A stretch of DNA of 64,000 bases from Escherichia coli (GTDB taxonomy: Bacteria; Pseudomonadota; Gammaproteobacteria; Enterobacterales; Enterobacteriaceae), in NCBI RefSeq assembly GCF_003018255.1, contig NZ_CP027440.1, one strand, 5' to 3'. Of the stretch, positions 18,304 through 28,327 are shown piece by piece. The translations under genes were made by a program, and so were the position numbers. The stretch's first letter is position 1. Every line of letters starts with the position of its first letter. Below the pieces are notes generated by a model. The model did no database searches and was not told the DNA's origin. It saw only the letters and a list, made by a program, of their open reading frames with translations.

Positions 18304-18376
18304 TCACTGTGAGTAGAGCTAAACTCGCAAAAGTGGTATAACAAATATAGTCTGCCGTATCATGCCTGGAGCGCAT

Positions 18377-19153
18377 ATGGAAATCACTGAACCACGCCGT
18401 TTGTATCAACAACTTGCCGCTGATCTGAAAGAGCGCATCGAACAGGGCGTCTATCTGGTGGGTGATAAACTGCCTGCTGAACGCTTTATTGCCGATGAAA
18501 AGAACGTCAGCCGCACCGTGGTTCGTGAAGCCATCATCATGCTGGAAGTTGAAGGCTATGTCGAAGTGCGTAAAGGTTCAGGTATTCATGTGGTTTCCAA
18601 CCAGCCGCGCCATCAGCAGGCGACTGACAATAATATGGAATTCGCCAATTACGGTCCGTTTGAGTTGCTCCAGGCTCGCCAGCTCATCGAAAGTAATATT
18701 GCCGAGTTCGCGGCAACTCAGGTGACGAAACAGGACATCATGAAACTGATGGCCATCCAGGAGCAGGCGCGCGGCGAACAATGCTTCCGTGATTCCGAGT
18801 GGGATTTGCAGTTCCACATTCAGGTAGCCCTGGCGACGCAGAACTCCGCCCTGGCGGCTATCGTGGAAAAAATGTGGACCCAGCGTAGTCATAACCCGTA
18901 CTGGAAAAAACTGCACGAACACATTGATGCCCGTACCGTCGATAACTGGTGTGATGACCACGATCAAATCCTCAAGGCGCTGATTCGCAAAGATCCTCAT
19001 GCTGCTAAGCTGGCAATGTGGCAGCACCTGGAAAACACCAAGATCATGTTATTTAACGAAACCAGCGACGATTTCGAGTTCAATGCCGACCGCTATCTGT
19101 TCGCCGAAAACCCGGTGGTGCATCTCGATACAGCCACCAGCGGCAGTAAATGA
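18377..19153 (+). CDS. exuR: GntR/FadR-family hexuronate repressor
   Basis: 258 aa from [13 protein letters not shown]. Confidence 0.9.
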   Translation: MEITEPRRLYQQLAADLKERIEQGVYLVGDKLPAERFIADEKNVSRTVVREAIIMLEVEGYVEVRKGSGIHVVSNQPRHQQATDNNMEFANYGPFELLQARQLIESNIAEFAATQVTKQDIMKLMAIQEQARGEQCFRDSEWDLQFHIQVALATQNSALAAIVEKMWTQRSHNPYWKKLHEHIDARTVDNWCDDHDQILKALIRKDPHAAKLAMWQHLENTKIMLFNETSDDFEFNADRYLFAENPVVHLDTATSGSK

Positions 19154-19163
19154 AATTCCTGTC

Positions 19164-19194
19164 CGACAGGCGCTACAGTGCGCCTGTTTGTCTC
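19164..19194 (+). terminator. Putative terminator after exuR
   Basis: acaggcgctacagtgcgcctgtttg hairpin. Confidence 0.5.
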
Positions 19195-19497
19195 GTCGGT
19201 AAGCGAAAAGTATAAAGTGTCAGCCTGTGTAAATCCTCTCGCCTCCCTCCCCTGCATTCAGCAAAATCAGACTCCACGGACATGTAATTTTGATAACGAA
19301 CAACGTTGACCTTTGTTACAATTAGATTCAATTTGAATTTATGCTTTTGAATGCTTTCTTATCTCACGATTTAACAGGGAATAGTTCAGGCTGTGTTGAT
19401 GTATCAAACCCGCAGAACATACCAAGACAGCAATAACATTGCGGTAGTGCATCATTTAAAACCAGCGTGGCGTTAACCGATTCACCAGGAATAATGA

Positions 19498-20160
19498 ATG
19501 GAACTTTTGACCCAATTGCTGCAAGCCCTGTGGGCGCAGGATTTTGAAACCCTGGCCAATCCGTCGATGATTGGCATGTTGTATTTTGTCTTGTTTGTCA
19601 TTTTGTTCCTTGAAAACGGCTTGCTTCCGGCAGCCTTTTTACCGGGCGACAGCTTACTGGTGTTGGTCGGTGTATTGATTGCGAAAGGCGCGATGGGCTA
19701 TCCGCAAACGATTCTGCTGCTGACCGTTGCCGCCAGCCTCGGCTGCTGGGTCAGCTATATTCAGGGGCGATGGCTGGGCAATACCCGCACCGTACAAAAC
19801 TGGCTATCTCATTTACCCGCGCATTATCATCAACGCGCACACCATCTTTTTCATAAACACGGTTTATCGGCGCTGTTAATTGGTCGCTTTATTGCGTTTG
19901 TCAGAACACTGCTGCCGACGATTGCCGGGTTATCAGGGCTGAATAACGCGCGCTTTCAGTTCTTCAACTGGATGAGTGGTTTGTTGTGGGTATTGATCCT
20001 GACAACTCTGGGTTACATGCTCGGCAAAACGCCGGTATTTTTAAAGTACGAGGACCAGCTGATGTCATGCCTGATGCTGCTCCCGGTGGTGCTGCTGGTG
20101 TTTGGCCTGGCAGGTTCTCTGGTCGTGTTATGGAAAAAGAAATATGGAAATCGGGGGTAA
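19498..20160 (+). CDS. yqjA: DedA-family inner membrane protein
   Basis: 220-aa ORF. Confidence 0.9.
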   Translation: MELLTQLLQALWAQDFETLANPSMIGMLYFVLFVILFLENGLLPAAFLPGDSLLVLVGVLIAKGAMGYPQTILLLTVAASLGCWVSYIQGRWLGNTRTVQNWLSHLPAHYHQRAHHLFHKHGLSALLIGRFIAFVRTLLPTIAGLSGLNNARFQFFNWMSGLLWVLILTTLGYMLGKTPVFLKYEDQLMSCLMLLPVVLLVFGLAGSLVVLWKKKYGNRG

Positions 20161-20163
20161 GGG

Positions 20164-20547
20164 ATGCAAATACCTCGCATGTCGCTTCGCCAGCTAGCCT
20201 GGTCCGGCGCTGTTTTACTTCTGGTCGGCACACTGTTGCTGGCCTGGTCCGCGGTTCGCCAGCAAGAGTCTACGCTGGCGATTCGTGCCGTTCATCAAGG
20301 GACAACGATGCCAGACGGTTTTTCAATCTGGCATCACCTTGACGCTCACGGCATTCCTTTCAAAAGTATCACCCCCAAAAACGACACTCTGTTAATTACC
20401 TTTGACTCCAGCGACCAGAGCGCCGCCGCAAAAGCGGTCCTCGACAGAACATTGCCCCATGGCTACATCATTGCGCAGCAGGACAATAACAGTCAGGCTA
20501 TGCAGTGGCTGACCCGGTTGCGGGATAACTCTCATCGCTTCGGATAA
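20164..20547 (+). CDS. mzrA: Modulator of EnvZ/OmpR regulon
   Basis: 127-aa ORF immediately after yqjA. Confidence 0.85.
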   Translation: MQIPRMSLRQLAWSGAVLLLVGTLLLAWSAVRQQESTLAIRAVHQGTTMPDGFSIWHHLDAHGIPFKSITPKNDTLLITFDSSDQSAAAKAVLDRTLPHGYIIAQQDNNSQAMQWLTRLRDNSHRFG

Positions 20548-20693
20548 CTTCCTGTTATCCGAAACAGATCACTCACTTTGGTGATTTCACCGTAACTGTC
20601 TATGATTAATGAGGCGGTGGTTAACACGACCGCTTCGTTGTCTGGACAATCGTTCCTTTGTAATAGGTCCGAATCACAATGGAAGGTTCAAGA

Positions 20694-21062
20694 ATGAAAT
20701 ACCGCATCGCTTTAGCTGTTTCTCTCTTTGCTCTTAGTGCCGGTAGTTATGCCACTACCCTGTGTCAGGAAAAGGAGCAAAATATCCTTAAGGAGATCAG
20801 CTATGCCGAAAAACACCAAAACCAGAATCGTATTGACGGTCTGAATAAAGCCCTGAGTGAAGTCCGGGCCAACTGTTCAGATAGCCAGCTGCGTGCCGAT
20901 CATCAGAAGAAAATCGCAAAGCAGAAAGATGAGGTGGCGGAACGCCAGCAAGATTTAGCCGAGGCGAAGCAAAAAGGCGATGCAGATAAGATTGCCAAAC
21001 GCGAACGGAAACTGGCAGAAGCGCAGGAAGAGCTGAAAAAGCTGGAAGCGCGCGACTACTAA
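20694..21062 (+). CDS. yqjC: DUF1090 periplasmic protein
   Basis: Signal peptide MKYRIALAVSLFALSAGSYA; charged coiled-coil-like C-terminus. Confidence 0.8.
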   Translation: MKYRIALAVSLFALSAGSYATTLCQEKEQNILKEISYAEKHQNQNRIDGLNKALSEVRANCSDSQLRADHQKKIAKQKDEVAERQQDLAEAKQKGDADKIAKRERKLAEAQEELKKLEARDY

Positions 21063-21099
21063 CTCACAATAGTCACTACTTACTCACCTGGAGAAAACT

Positions 21100-21405
21100 A
21101 TGTCGAAAGAACACACTACGGAACATCTGCGTGCTGAGTTGAAATCCCTTTCCGATACGCTGGAAGAGGTGCTTAGCTCATCTGGCGAGAAGTCGAAAGA
21201 AGAGTTGAGTAAGATTCGTAGCAAAGCGGAGCAGGCACTGAAACAGAGCCGTTATCGCCTGGGTGAAACCGGTGATGCCATTGCCAAACAAACCCGTGTC
21301 GCGGCGGCGCGTGCCGATGAGTATGTGCGTGAAAATCCGTGGACGGGCGTGGGCATTGGCGCAGCAATCGGTGTAGTGCTCGGTGTTCTGCTGTCGCGTC
21401 GTTAA
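21100..21405 (+). CDS. yqjD: ElaB/YqjD-family ribosome-associated membrane protein
   Basis: 101-aa ORF with C-terminal transmembrane helix. Confidence 0.85.
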   Translation: MSKEHTTEHLRAELKSLSDTLEEVLSSSGEKSKEELSKIRSKAEQALKQSRYRLGETGDAIAKQTRVAAARADEYVRENPWTGVGIGAAIGVVLGVLLSRR

Positions 21406-21407
21406 TT

Positions 21408-21812
21408 ATGGCGGACACTCATCACGCGCAAGGGCCCGGTAAAAGCGTTCTGGGCATCGGGCAGCGAATTGTTTCCATCATGGTTGAAATGGTGGAGACA
21501 CGTCTGCGGCTGGCGGTGGTGGAGCTGGAAGAGGAAAAAGCGAATCTCTTTCAACTTTTACTGATGCTGGGCCTGACGATGCTTTTCGCTGCATTTGGTC
21601 TTATGAGCCTGATGGTGCTAATTATCTGGGCGGTTGATCCGCAATATCGCCTGAATGCGATGATTGCCACCACCGTGGTGTTGCTGCTACTGGCACTGAT
21701 TGGCGGCATCTGGACGTTACGTAAATCGCGTAAGTCTACGTTGCTGCGCCACACGCGCCATGAGCTGGCAAACGATCGGCAGCTGCTCGAGGAGGAGTCC
21801 CGTGAGCAGTAA
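21408..21812 (+). CDS. yqjE: Inner membrane protein YqjE
   Basis: ATG at 21408 (MADTHHAQGPGKS...), 134 aa. Confidence 0.85.
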   Translation: MADTHHAQGPGKSVLGIGQRIVSIMVEMVETRLRLAVVELEEEKANLFQLLLMLGLTMLFAAFGLMSLMVLIIWAVDPQYRLNAMIATTVVLLLLALIGGIWTLRKSRKSTLLRHTRHELANDRQLLEEESREQ

Positions 21813-22101
21813 AGTCGAACGTGAACGACGTAAGGCGCAACTGCTTAGCCAGATCCAGCAACAACGGCTGGATCTTTCCGCCAGTCGTCGTGAATGGCTG
21901 GAGGCAACAGGCGCTTACGATCGTCGCTGGAATATGCTGTTGAGTCTGCGCTCCTGGGCGCTGGTTGGCAGTAGCGTGATGGCTATCTGGACGATTCGCC
22001 ATCCTAATATGCTGGTCCGCTGGGCCAGACGCGGTTTTGGTGTATGGAGCGCCTGGCGTCTGGTGAAAACAACCCTCAAGCAACAACAGCTTCGCGGTTA
22101 A
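21802..22101 (+). CDS. yqjK: Small protein YqjK
   Basis: GTG start overlapping yqjE end; 99 aa. Confidence 0.7.
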   Translation: MSSKVERERRKAQLLSQIQQQRLDLSASRREWLEATGAYDRRWNMLLSLRSWALVGSSVMAIWTIRHPNMLVRWARRGFGVWSAWRLVKTTLKQQQLRG

Positions 22102-22287
22102 CTTCCTCTCTGGCCGGAGAAATTCCGGCCTTATCCCTCAAATTTTTTGAAAATATTTGACAGTTTTCCTTGCTAACAATCACGCTTCGCCACGTTTATG
22201 ATTCTCTCCATCGACAGCAACGACGCTAATAGCGCGCCCTTGCACAAAAAAACAATCAGCAGCCTGAGCGGCGCAGTGGAGAGTATG

Positions 22288-22680
22288 ATGAAAAAATTAG
22301 AAGATGTTGGTGTACTGGTAGCGCGCATTTTAATGCCGATTCTGTTTATTACCGCAGGCTGGGGAAAAATTACTGGTTACGCGGGTACCCAACAATATAT
22401 GGAAGCGATGGGCGTCCCGGGTTTTATGCTGCCGCTGGTGATTCTGCTTGAGTTTGGTGGTGGTCTGGCAATCCTGTTCGGTTTCCTGACTCGCACCACA
22501 GCCCTGTTTACTGCGGGCTTTACGCTGCTGACGGCATTTTTATTTCACAGCAACTTTGCTGAAGGCGTCAACTCGCTGATGTTCATGAAAAACCTGACAA
22601 TTTCTGGCGGATTCCTGCTGCTGGCAATTACCGGTCCGGGCGCGTATAGCATCGACCGCCTGCTGAATAAAAAGTGGTAA
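22288..22680 (+). CDS. yqjF: DoxX-family membrane protein
   Basis: About 130 aa from MMKKLEDVGV... Confidence 0.8.
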   Translation: MKKLEDVGVLVARILMPILFITAGWGKITGYAGTQQYMEAMGVPGFMLPLVILLEFGGGLAILFGFLTRTTALFTAGFTLLTAFLFHSNFAEGVNSLMFMKNLTISGGFLLLAITGPGAYSIDRLLNKKW

Positions 22681-22701
22681 GCACGCGCTATACTTAACGA
22701 T

Positions 22702-22731
22702 AAAAAACGAGGAGGAAGCTCCTCGTTTTTG
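22702..22731 (+). terminator. Rho-independent terminator after yqjF
   Basis: aaaaaacgaggaggaagctcctcgttttt. Confidence 0.75.
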
Positions 22732-22749
22732 CTATTGGAGGAGAGAAAT

Positions 22750-23735
22750 ATGGGTCAACTGATTGACGGCGTCTGGCATGACACCTGGTACGAACCAAAT
22801 CTACCGGCGGTAAATTTCAACGTTCAGCTTCCGCATTTCGTAACTGGCTCACTGCCGATGGCGCGCCAGGCCCCACTGGCACAGGCGGTTTTATCGCAGA
22901 GAAAGATCGTTATCATCTCTATGTTTCACTCGCCTGCCCGTGGGCGCACCGCACGCTGATCATGCGCAAACTCAAAGGACTGGAACCGTTTATTTCCGTT
23001 TCTGTAGTGAACCCGCTGATGCTGGAAAACGGCTGGACCTTTGATGACAGTTTTCCGGGTGCAACCGGCGATACACTCTATCAACATGAATTTTTGTATC
23101 AGCTTTATCTCCACGCCGATCCACACTACAGCGGACGAGTTACTGTTCCCGTACTGTGGGACAAAAAGAACCACACCATCGTCAGCAACGAATCAGCGGA
23201 AATCATCCGCATGTTCAATACCGCGTTTGATGCGCTGGGCGCGAAAGCGGGTGATTACTACCCACCAGCCCTGCAAACGAAAATTGACGAACTTAACGGC
23301 TGGATTTATGACACCGTTAACAACGGCGTGTATAAAGCTGGTTTTGCCACCAGCCAGCAAGCTTACGACGAGGCGGTGGCGAAAGTGTTTGAATCGCTGG
23401 CGCGACTGGAGCAGATTTTAGGCCAGCATCGTTACCTGACCGGCAATCAGCTAACCGAAGCCGATATTCGCCTGTGGACCACGCTGGTCCGTTTTGATCC
23501 GGTGTATGTGACCCACTTCAAGTGTGATAAGCACCGCATCAGCGATTACCTGAATCTGTACGGTTTTCTGCGCGATATCTACCAGATGCCGGGGATCGCC
23601 GAAACTGTCAATTTCAATCACATCCGTAATCATTACTTCCGCAGCCATAAGACCATCAACCCTACGGGGATTATTTCAATTGGTCCGTGGCAGGATCTCG
23701 ATGAACCGCATGGACGAGATGTTCGCTTCGGTTAA
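22750..23735 (+). pseudogene. yqjG: Glutathionyl-hydroquinone reductase (Xi-class GST) yqjG, frame-disrupted
   Basis: N-terminus MGQLIDGVWHDTWY in frame of ATG 22750; conserved body including CPWAHR is in the -1-shifted frame through to stop at 23735. Confidence 0.75.
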
Positions 23736-23789
23736 AAAAAGGCACCTTACGAGGTGCCTCTGATTATTAGCTAAGTGCGTGTTATTTAT

Positions 23790-23890
23790 GTCGGATGCGG
23801 CGTGAACGTCTTCTCCAACCTACAAAACGTTTATATTCAATATGTTACAATGCCGCGTAGGCCAGATAAGCGTAGCGCATCTGGCGATTT
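23790..23890. repeat. REP/BIME palindromic repeats
   Basis: gtcggatgcggcgtgaacg... and tgccgcgtaggccagataagcgtagcgcatctggcg. Confidence 0.75.
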
Positions 23891-24025
23891 TGCGCTTGTC
23901 ATCAGTCTTAGCGCGCTTTACGGCACTTTATTAATTCCTTGAACGAATATTTACTGCCATTTCATTCACGTCTATTCTTAATTTGCTGCTTTAAAAACAA
24001 GTGATTGAGCAAAATTGAGGCAAAA

Positions 24026-24391
24026 ATGGACTGGTATCTGAAAGTACTAAAAAATTATGTCGGTTTCCGGGGTCGTGCGCGGCGCAAAGAGTACTGGATG
24101 TTTATTCTGGTCAACATCATCTTTACGTTCGTGCTGGGGCTGCTGGATAAAATGTTAGGCTGGCAACGTGCCGGTGGCGAAGGCATCCTGACGACAATCT
24201 ACGGTATTCTGGTGTTTTTACCGTGGTGGGCAGTTCAGTTCCGCCGCCTGCACGACACCGACCGCTCGGCGTGGTGGGCACTGCTGTTCTTAATCCCGTT
24301 TATCGGCTGGCTTATTATCATCGTCTTTAACTGCCAGGCGGGTACGCCAGGCGAAAACCGCTTTGGACCTGATCCAAAACTGGAACCTTAA
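24026..24391 (+). CDS. yhaH: DUF805 inner membrane protein
   Basis: 121 aa from MDWYLKVLKNYVGF. Confidence 0.85.
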   Translation: MDWYLKVLKNYVGFRGRARRKEYWMFILVNIIFTFVLGLLDKMLGWQRAGGEGILTTIYGILVFLPWWAVQFRRLHDTDRSAWWALLFLIPFIGWLIIIVFNCQAGTPGENRFGPDPKLEP

Positions 24392-24403
24392 AACAAATCT
24401 ACT

Positions 24404-24434
24404 CGCCGGATGTCTGACTCATCCGGCTTTTATC
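24404..24434 (+). terminator. Rho-independent terminator after yhaH
   Basis: cgccggatgtctgactcatccggcttttatc. Confidence 0.7.
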
Positions 24435-24633
24435 ATTATGTTGATGAATGAATAATTTACTAATGTTTATTTAAAATATTTCAATGTCGTTATATAAATT
24501 ACCTATAAAAAAATAACCATATATTTATCTTAAATATCAAAACCTTTATAACATCCGAAAAAGAAAGATACGAATAGCATTTACACAATACCCGGAATAG
24601 ACTTTCGTCACTTTTAATTAAAGGGATGTTTTT

Positions 24634-24990
24634 ATGCAGTGGTATTTAGCCGTATTAAAAAATTATGTTGGTTTCTCTGGTCGCGCACGTCGTAAAGAGT
24701 ACTGGATGTTTACTCTGATTAACGCCATCGTCGGCGCTATTATCAATGTCATTCAATTGATTTTAGGTTTAGAGTTTCCATTCCTTTCTCTCATTTACCT
24801 GGCAGCAACAATCATTCCGGTCATTGCTCTGTGCGTTCGTCGTCTGCACGATACTGACCGTTCAGGTGCGTGGGCGCTTCTCTATCTGGTTCCGATCATT
24901 GGCTGGTTAGTTCTGTTTGTATTTGCCTGTTTAGAAGGCAACTCTGGCAGCAATCGTTACGGAAACGATCCGAAGTTTGGTTCAAATTAA
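24634..24990 (+). CDS. yhaI: DUF805 inner membrane protein (paralog of yhaH)
   Basis: 118 aa, MQWYLAVLKNYVGF. Confidence 0.85.
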   Translation: MQWYLAVLKNYVGFSGRARRKEYWMFTLINAIVGAIINVIQLILGLEFPFLSLIYLAATIIPVIALCVRRLHDTDRSGAWALLYLVPIIGWLVLFVFACLEGNSGSNRYGNDPKFGSN

Positions 24991-25000
24991 TTATAGAATT

Positions 25001-25026
25001 GGGGCGATATTTCGCCCCTTTTTATT
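25001..25026. terminator. Hairpin terminator between convergent yhaI and yhaJ
   Basis: ggggcgatatttcgcccctttttatt. Confidence 0.7.
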
Positions 25027-25040
25027 AACAATAACAAATA

Positions 25041-25937
25041 TTATTTTCCGCTAAAAAGTTTGGGAATTTCCCGCAGACACCAGGATTTCGCCTCCCCCAT
25101 ACTGTCACGACGCCAGGCCATAATAATATCGATCTCGCTGGTCGATTCCGGGCTGACGACACGCAACCGCCCTTCCGCGATGTCTTTTTCGACCATCGGA
25201 TACGGCATCGTCGCCACGCCAAGCCCCGCCAGTAACGCCTGACGTTTATCTTCAATCGTGCTCACCGTTAAACGCGGCTGTTTGTCCAGTAGCTGTACGG
25301 TCAATACCGGGCGCTCACGAGCGGTATCCGCCACCGCAATTCCACGATATTTCACGCGCGTCACTTCAGATAACGGTTCCGGCTCCTGATGAATCGGGTG
25401 ATCAGGCGCGGCAACGTAGACGTTCATTAACGTATAGAGCTTGCGCGAGTTGATCTCCGACGAGGAGCGAAAATGCATATCCGGCGCGATAACAATATCC
25501 GCCCGCCCCTGCTCCAGCCGTTCCCATGCCCCCGCCAGCACTTCGGTGATGATTGCCAGTTGGGTATTCGCTTTTGCCGCCAGTTTGTCAATTAACGGGA
25601 AAAAGGCAGGTGTCGGTACCAGCGCTTCGGTCACAATGGTGAGATGCGTTTCCCAACCGCGCGCGAGAGCTTCCGCATCGGTAGTCAGTTTATCTGCGGC
25701 TTCCAGCAAAACGCGTCCTCGCTCCAGCAACATCCTCCCGACATTGGTGAATTTGGTGCGATGGCCCGAGCGGTCAAACAGCACCACATCCAGCTCTTCT
25801 TCCAGTTTTTGCATGGTGTAGCTAAGTGCGGAAGGCACGCGTCCCAGCTCATCCGCCGCCGCCGCAAAACTGCCCCGGCGATCGATCGCATCCATAACCC
25901 GTAGTGCTTCCAGCGTTAATGCCCTTTCTTTGGCCAT
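25041..25937 (-). CDS. yhaJ: LysR-family transcriptional regulator
   Basis: 298-aa ORF with N-terminal HTH. Confidence 0.9.
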   Translation of the reverse strand: MAKERALTLEALRVMDAIDRRGSFAAAADELGRVPSALSYTMQKLEEELDVVLFDRSGHRTKFTNVGRMLLERGRVLLEAADKLTTDAEALARGWETHLTIVTEALVPTPAFFPLIDKLAAKANTQLAIITEVLAGAWERLEQGRADIVIAPDMHFRSSSEINSRKLYTLMNVYVAAPDHPIHQEPEPLSEVTRVKYRGIAVADTARERPVLTVQLLDKQPRLTVSTIEDKRQALLAGLGVATMPYPMVEKDIAEGRLRVVSPESTSEIDIIMAWRRDSMGEAKSWCLREIPKLFSGK

Positions 25938-26041
25938 TTCGTTCTCATTCAGGAAATTTGAACATACCGGGCAGAATATCTGGCTAACAATGTAGCGTCC
26001 AGCCCCTTACCATAAAAGGAAGTAAAGAGAGGTCAAGAATT

Positions 26042-26743
26042 ATGATTACTACCCGAACTGCCAGGCAGTGTGGACAAGCAGACTACGGATGGTTGCAGGC
26101 CCGGTATACTTTTTCCTTTGGACACTACTTCGACCCGAAATTGTTAGGCTATGCCTCCCTGCGCGTGCTTAACCAGGAAGTGCTGGCCCCAGGTGCCGCC
26201 TTTCAGCCGCGAACCTATCCCAAAGTCGATATTTTAAATGTGATTCTGGATGGAGAAGCTGAGTATCGCGACAGTGAAGGCAATCATGTTCAGGCCAGCG
26301 CCGGAGAGACATTGCTGCTCTCTACCCAGCCGGGTATCAGCTATAGCGAACACAATCTCAGCAAAGACAAACCGTTAACGCGAATGCAGCTTTGGCTGGA
26401 TGCCTGCCCGCAGCGAGAGAATCCGCTGATTCAAAAACTGGCGCTTAATATGGGCAAGCAGCAATTAATCGCCTCGCCAGAGGGCACAGTGGGTAGCCTG
26501 CAACTGCGCCAGCAAGTGTGGCTGCACCATATCGTGCTCGACAAAGGCGAAAGTGCGAATTTCCAGTTGCATGGACCACGCGCGTATTTGCAATCGATTC
26601 ACGGGCAATTTCATGCGCTTACGCATCATGAAGAGAAAGCGGCGCTGACCTGCGGTGATGGGGCGTTTATTCGTGACGAGGCTAACATTACGCTGGTTGC
26701 CGATTCCCCACTGCGCGCTTTGCTGATAGATTTGCCTGTCTAG
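26042..26743 (+). CDS. yhaK: Pirin-like bicupin protein
   Basis: 233-aa ORF. Confidence 0.85.
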   Translation: MITTRTARQCGQADYGWLQARYTFSFGHYFDPKLLGYASLRVLNQEVLAPGAAFQPRTYPKVDILNVILDGEAEYRDSEGNHVQASAGETLLLSTQPGISYSEHNLSKDKPLTRMQLWLDACPQRENPLIQKLALNMGKQQLIASPEGTVGSLQLRQQVWLHHIVLDKGESANFQLHGPRAYLQSIHGQFHALTHHEEKAALTCGDGAFIRDEANITLVADSPLRALLIDLPV

Positions 26744-26762
26744 TTGTTTTTACAGGGAGATG

Positions 26763-26930
26763 ATGATGAGTAAAAAATCGGCCAAAAAGCGTCAGCCAGT
26801 GAAGCCCGTGGTGGCGAAAGAACCTGCTCGCACCGCCAAAAATTTTGGCTATGAAGAGATGTTGAGCGAGCTGGAAGCCATCGTCGCGGATGCTGAAACG
26901 CGTTTAGCCGAGGATGAAGCTACCGCGTAA
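26763..26930 (+). CDS. yhaL: Small protein YhaL (55 codons)
   Basis: MMSKKSAKKRQPVKP... ORF below the ORF-track size cutoff; frame verified by codon count. Confidence 0.6.
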   Translation: MMSKKSAKKRQPVKPVVAKEPARTAKNFGYEEMLSELEAIVADAETRLAEDEATA

Positions 26931-26936
26931 AGACAG

Positions 26937-26975
26937 GTGCCGGATGCGGCGTAAACGCCTAATCCGGCACGATAC
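26937..26975. repeat. REP palindromic repeat
   Basis: gtgccggatgcggcgtaaacgcctaatccggcac. Confidence 0.75.
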
Positions 26976-26989
26976 CCAAAACCTGGCGT

Positions 26990-28300
26990 TTATCTGGCCT
27001 TGCTCGCCATAATCTCGATAATCTGCCGATCCGTTTGCTGCATCGAATGGCTTGCTAACGCACACAGGTTGGCAATCGACTGCTCAACATCATGCGCCAC
27101 AATCCCTTCATTACCGGTTACGGCGGTATCATCCAGCGCCATTAACACCGCTTTCCACGCAGCCGAAGCACTGGTCGAAACCTTCATCGCGCAGCTGTTC
27201 GATGCACCATCGCAAATCATGCCACTGACATCGCCGATCATACTGCTGATCGCCATCGAGATGGTTTCATAACGCCCATCCACCAGCCATGCCATCCCGG
27301 CAGCGGCCCCCATTGCTGCGGTCGTTGCGGCACACAGCGCAGACAAACGCGGTAACTGGTTATGGATGTAAATCGCGCTCAAATGCGAAAGCATCAGCGC
27401 ACGCGCCAGCCGTTCATCATCCGCTCCGAAGTGTTCTGCTACCACCACCACGGGCATTGTTGCGGTGATCCCCTGGTTACCCGAGCCGGAGTTACTCATT
27501 GCCGGAAGCGTAGCGCCGCCCATACGCGCATCGGATGCCGCGCTGGTACGAATCACAATGGATGAAGAGAGATCTTTCGCCAGCAAACCGCGCGCGCACT
27601 GTTTTTCCAGCGTCGCACCAATATGCAGCCCCCAGTTACCGCTCAAACCTTCCTGCGATAACGCACAATTTAACTTCGCAGAATCGAGGATAAAGCGGAT
27701 CGCCGCAAACGGGACTTCATTGACGAACTTCAGGATCTCAGCCAGCGTCGTCCTGGAAAGCACCGTCAGCGGCGACTCTTGCTCGCCCTCTGTCACACAC
27801 GCCTGCTGGGTAAACACCACACCATTGTGCGTCTCAATATGCACAATGTTGGTATGCCCGCCGACGATGGTGACACACGCCCACTTCTCACCGTTCCAGA
27901 CTTTGGCGCGTGAGAAGAGGATTTCATCGCAAGGTTCCTGGATCTTAACTGAGACTTTCCCCGCTGCCAGCAGTGCTTTGGCATCGGCAATTGCCTGCGC
28001 AGTTGCGTCTTTCAGCACTTCCAGCCCGGCGTTAGCATTTCCACCTAACGCTCCCAGCGCCGCCGCAATTGGCAGCCCCACCATTCCTGTACCAGGAACG
28101 GTGACACCCAGACCGTTCTTCATCAGATTTGGCGAAACCCAGGCTTCTACACGTTCAACCGGACCTTCCAGTTCAGCCGCAGCAACCGCCGCCGCCAGCG
28201 CCAGTGAAATCGGTTCAGTACACCCCAGCGCCGGTTTTACTTCCTCCTGAACGGCGAGGATGTAACGCTGCCATAACGGATTTAAAGTCGAATCAAACAT
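26990..28300 (-). CDS. cyuA: L-cysteine desulfidase (YhaM/CyuA)
   Basis: 436-aa ORF. Confidence 0.9.
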   Translation of the reverse strand: MFDSTLNPLWQRYILAVQEEVKPALGCTEPISLALAAAVAAAELEGPVERVEAWVSPNLMKNGLGVTVPGTGMVGLPIAAALGALGGNANAGLEVLKDATAQAIADAKALLAAGKVSVKIQEPCDEILFSRAKVWNGEKWACVTIVGGHTNIVHIETHNGVVFTQQACVTEGEQESPLTVLSRTTLAEILKFVNEVPFAAIRFILDSAKLNCALSQEGLSGNWGLHIGATLEKQCARGLLAKDLSSSIVIRTSAASDARMGGATLPAMSNSGSGNQGITATMPVVVVAEHFGADDERLARALMLSHLSAIYIHNQLPRLSALCAATTAAMGAAAGMAWLVDGRYETISMAISSMIGDVSGMICDGASNSCAMKVSTSASAAWKAVLMALDDTAVTGNEGIVAHDVEQSIANLCALASHSMQQTDRQIIEIMASKAR

Positions 28301-28327
28301 ATTAAAAACCTTAAAATTTCAGGTAAA

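Noticed and set aside
22750-22960. Programmed ribosomal frameshift in yqjG
   Set aside because: No slippery heptamer or stimulatory structure is evident at the junction; a simple 1-bp deletion or assembly error is more parsimonious
27465-28250. 261-aa plus-strand ORF inside cyuA
   Set aside because: Antisense shadow ORF in a GC-rich gene; Ser/Ala/Pro-rich and not protein-like
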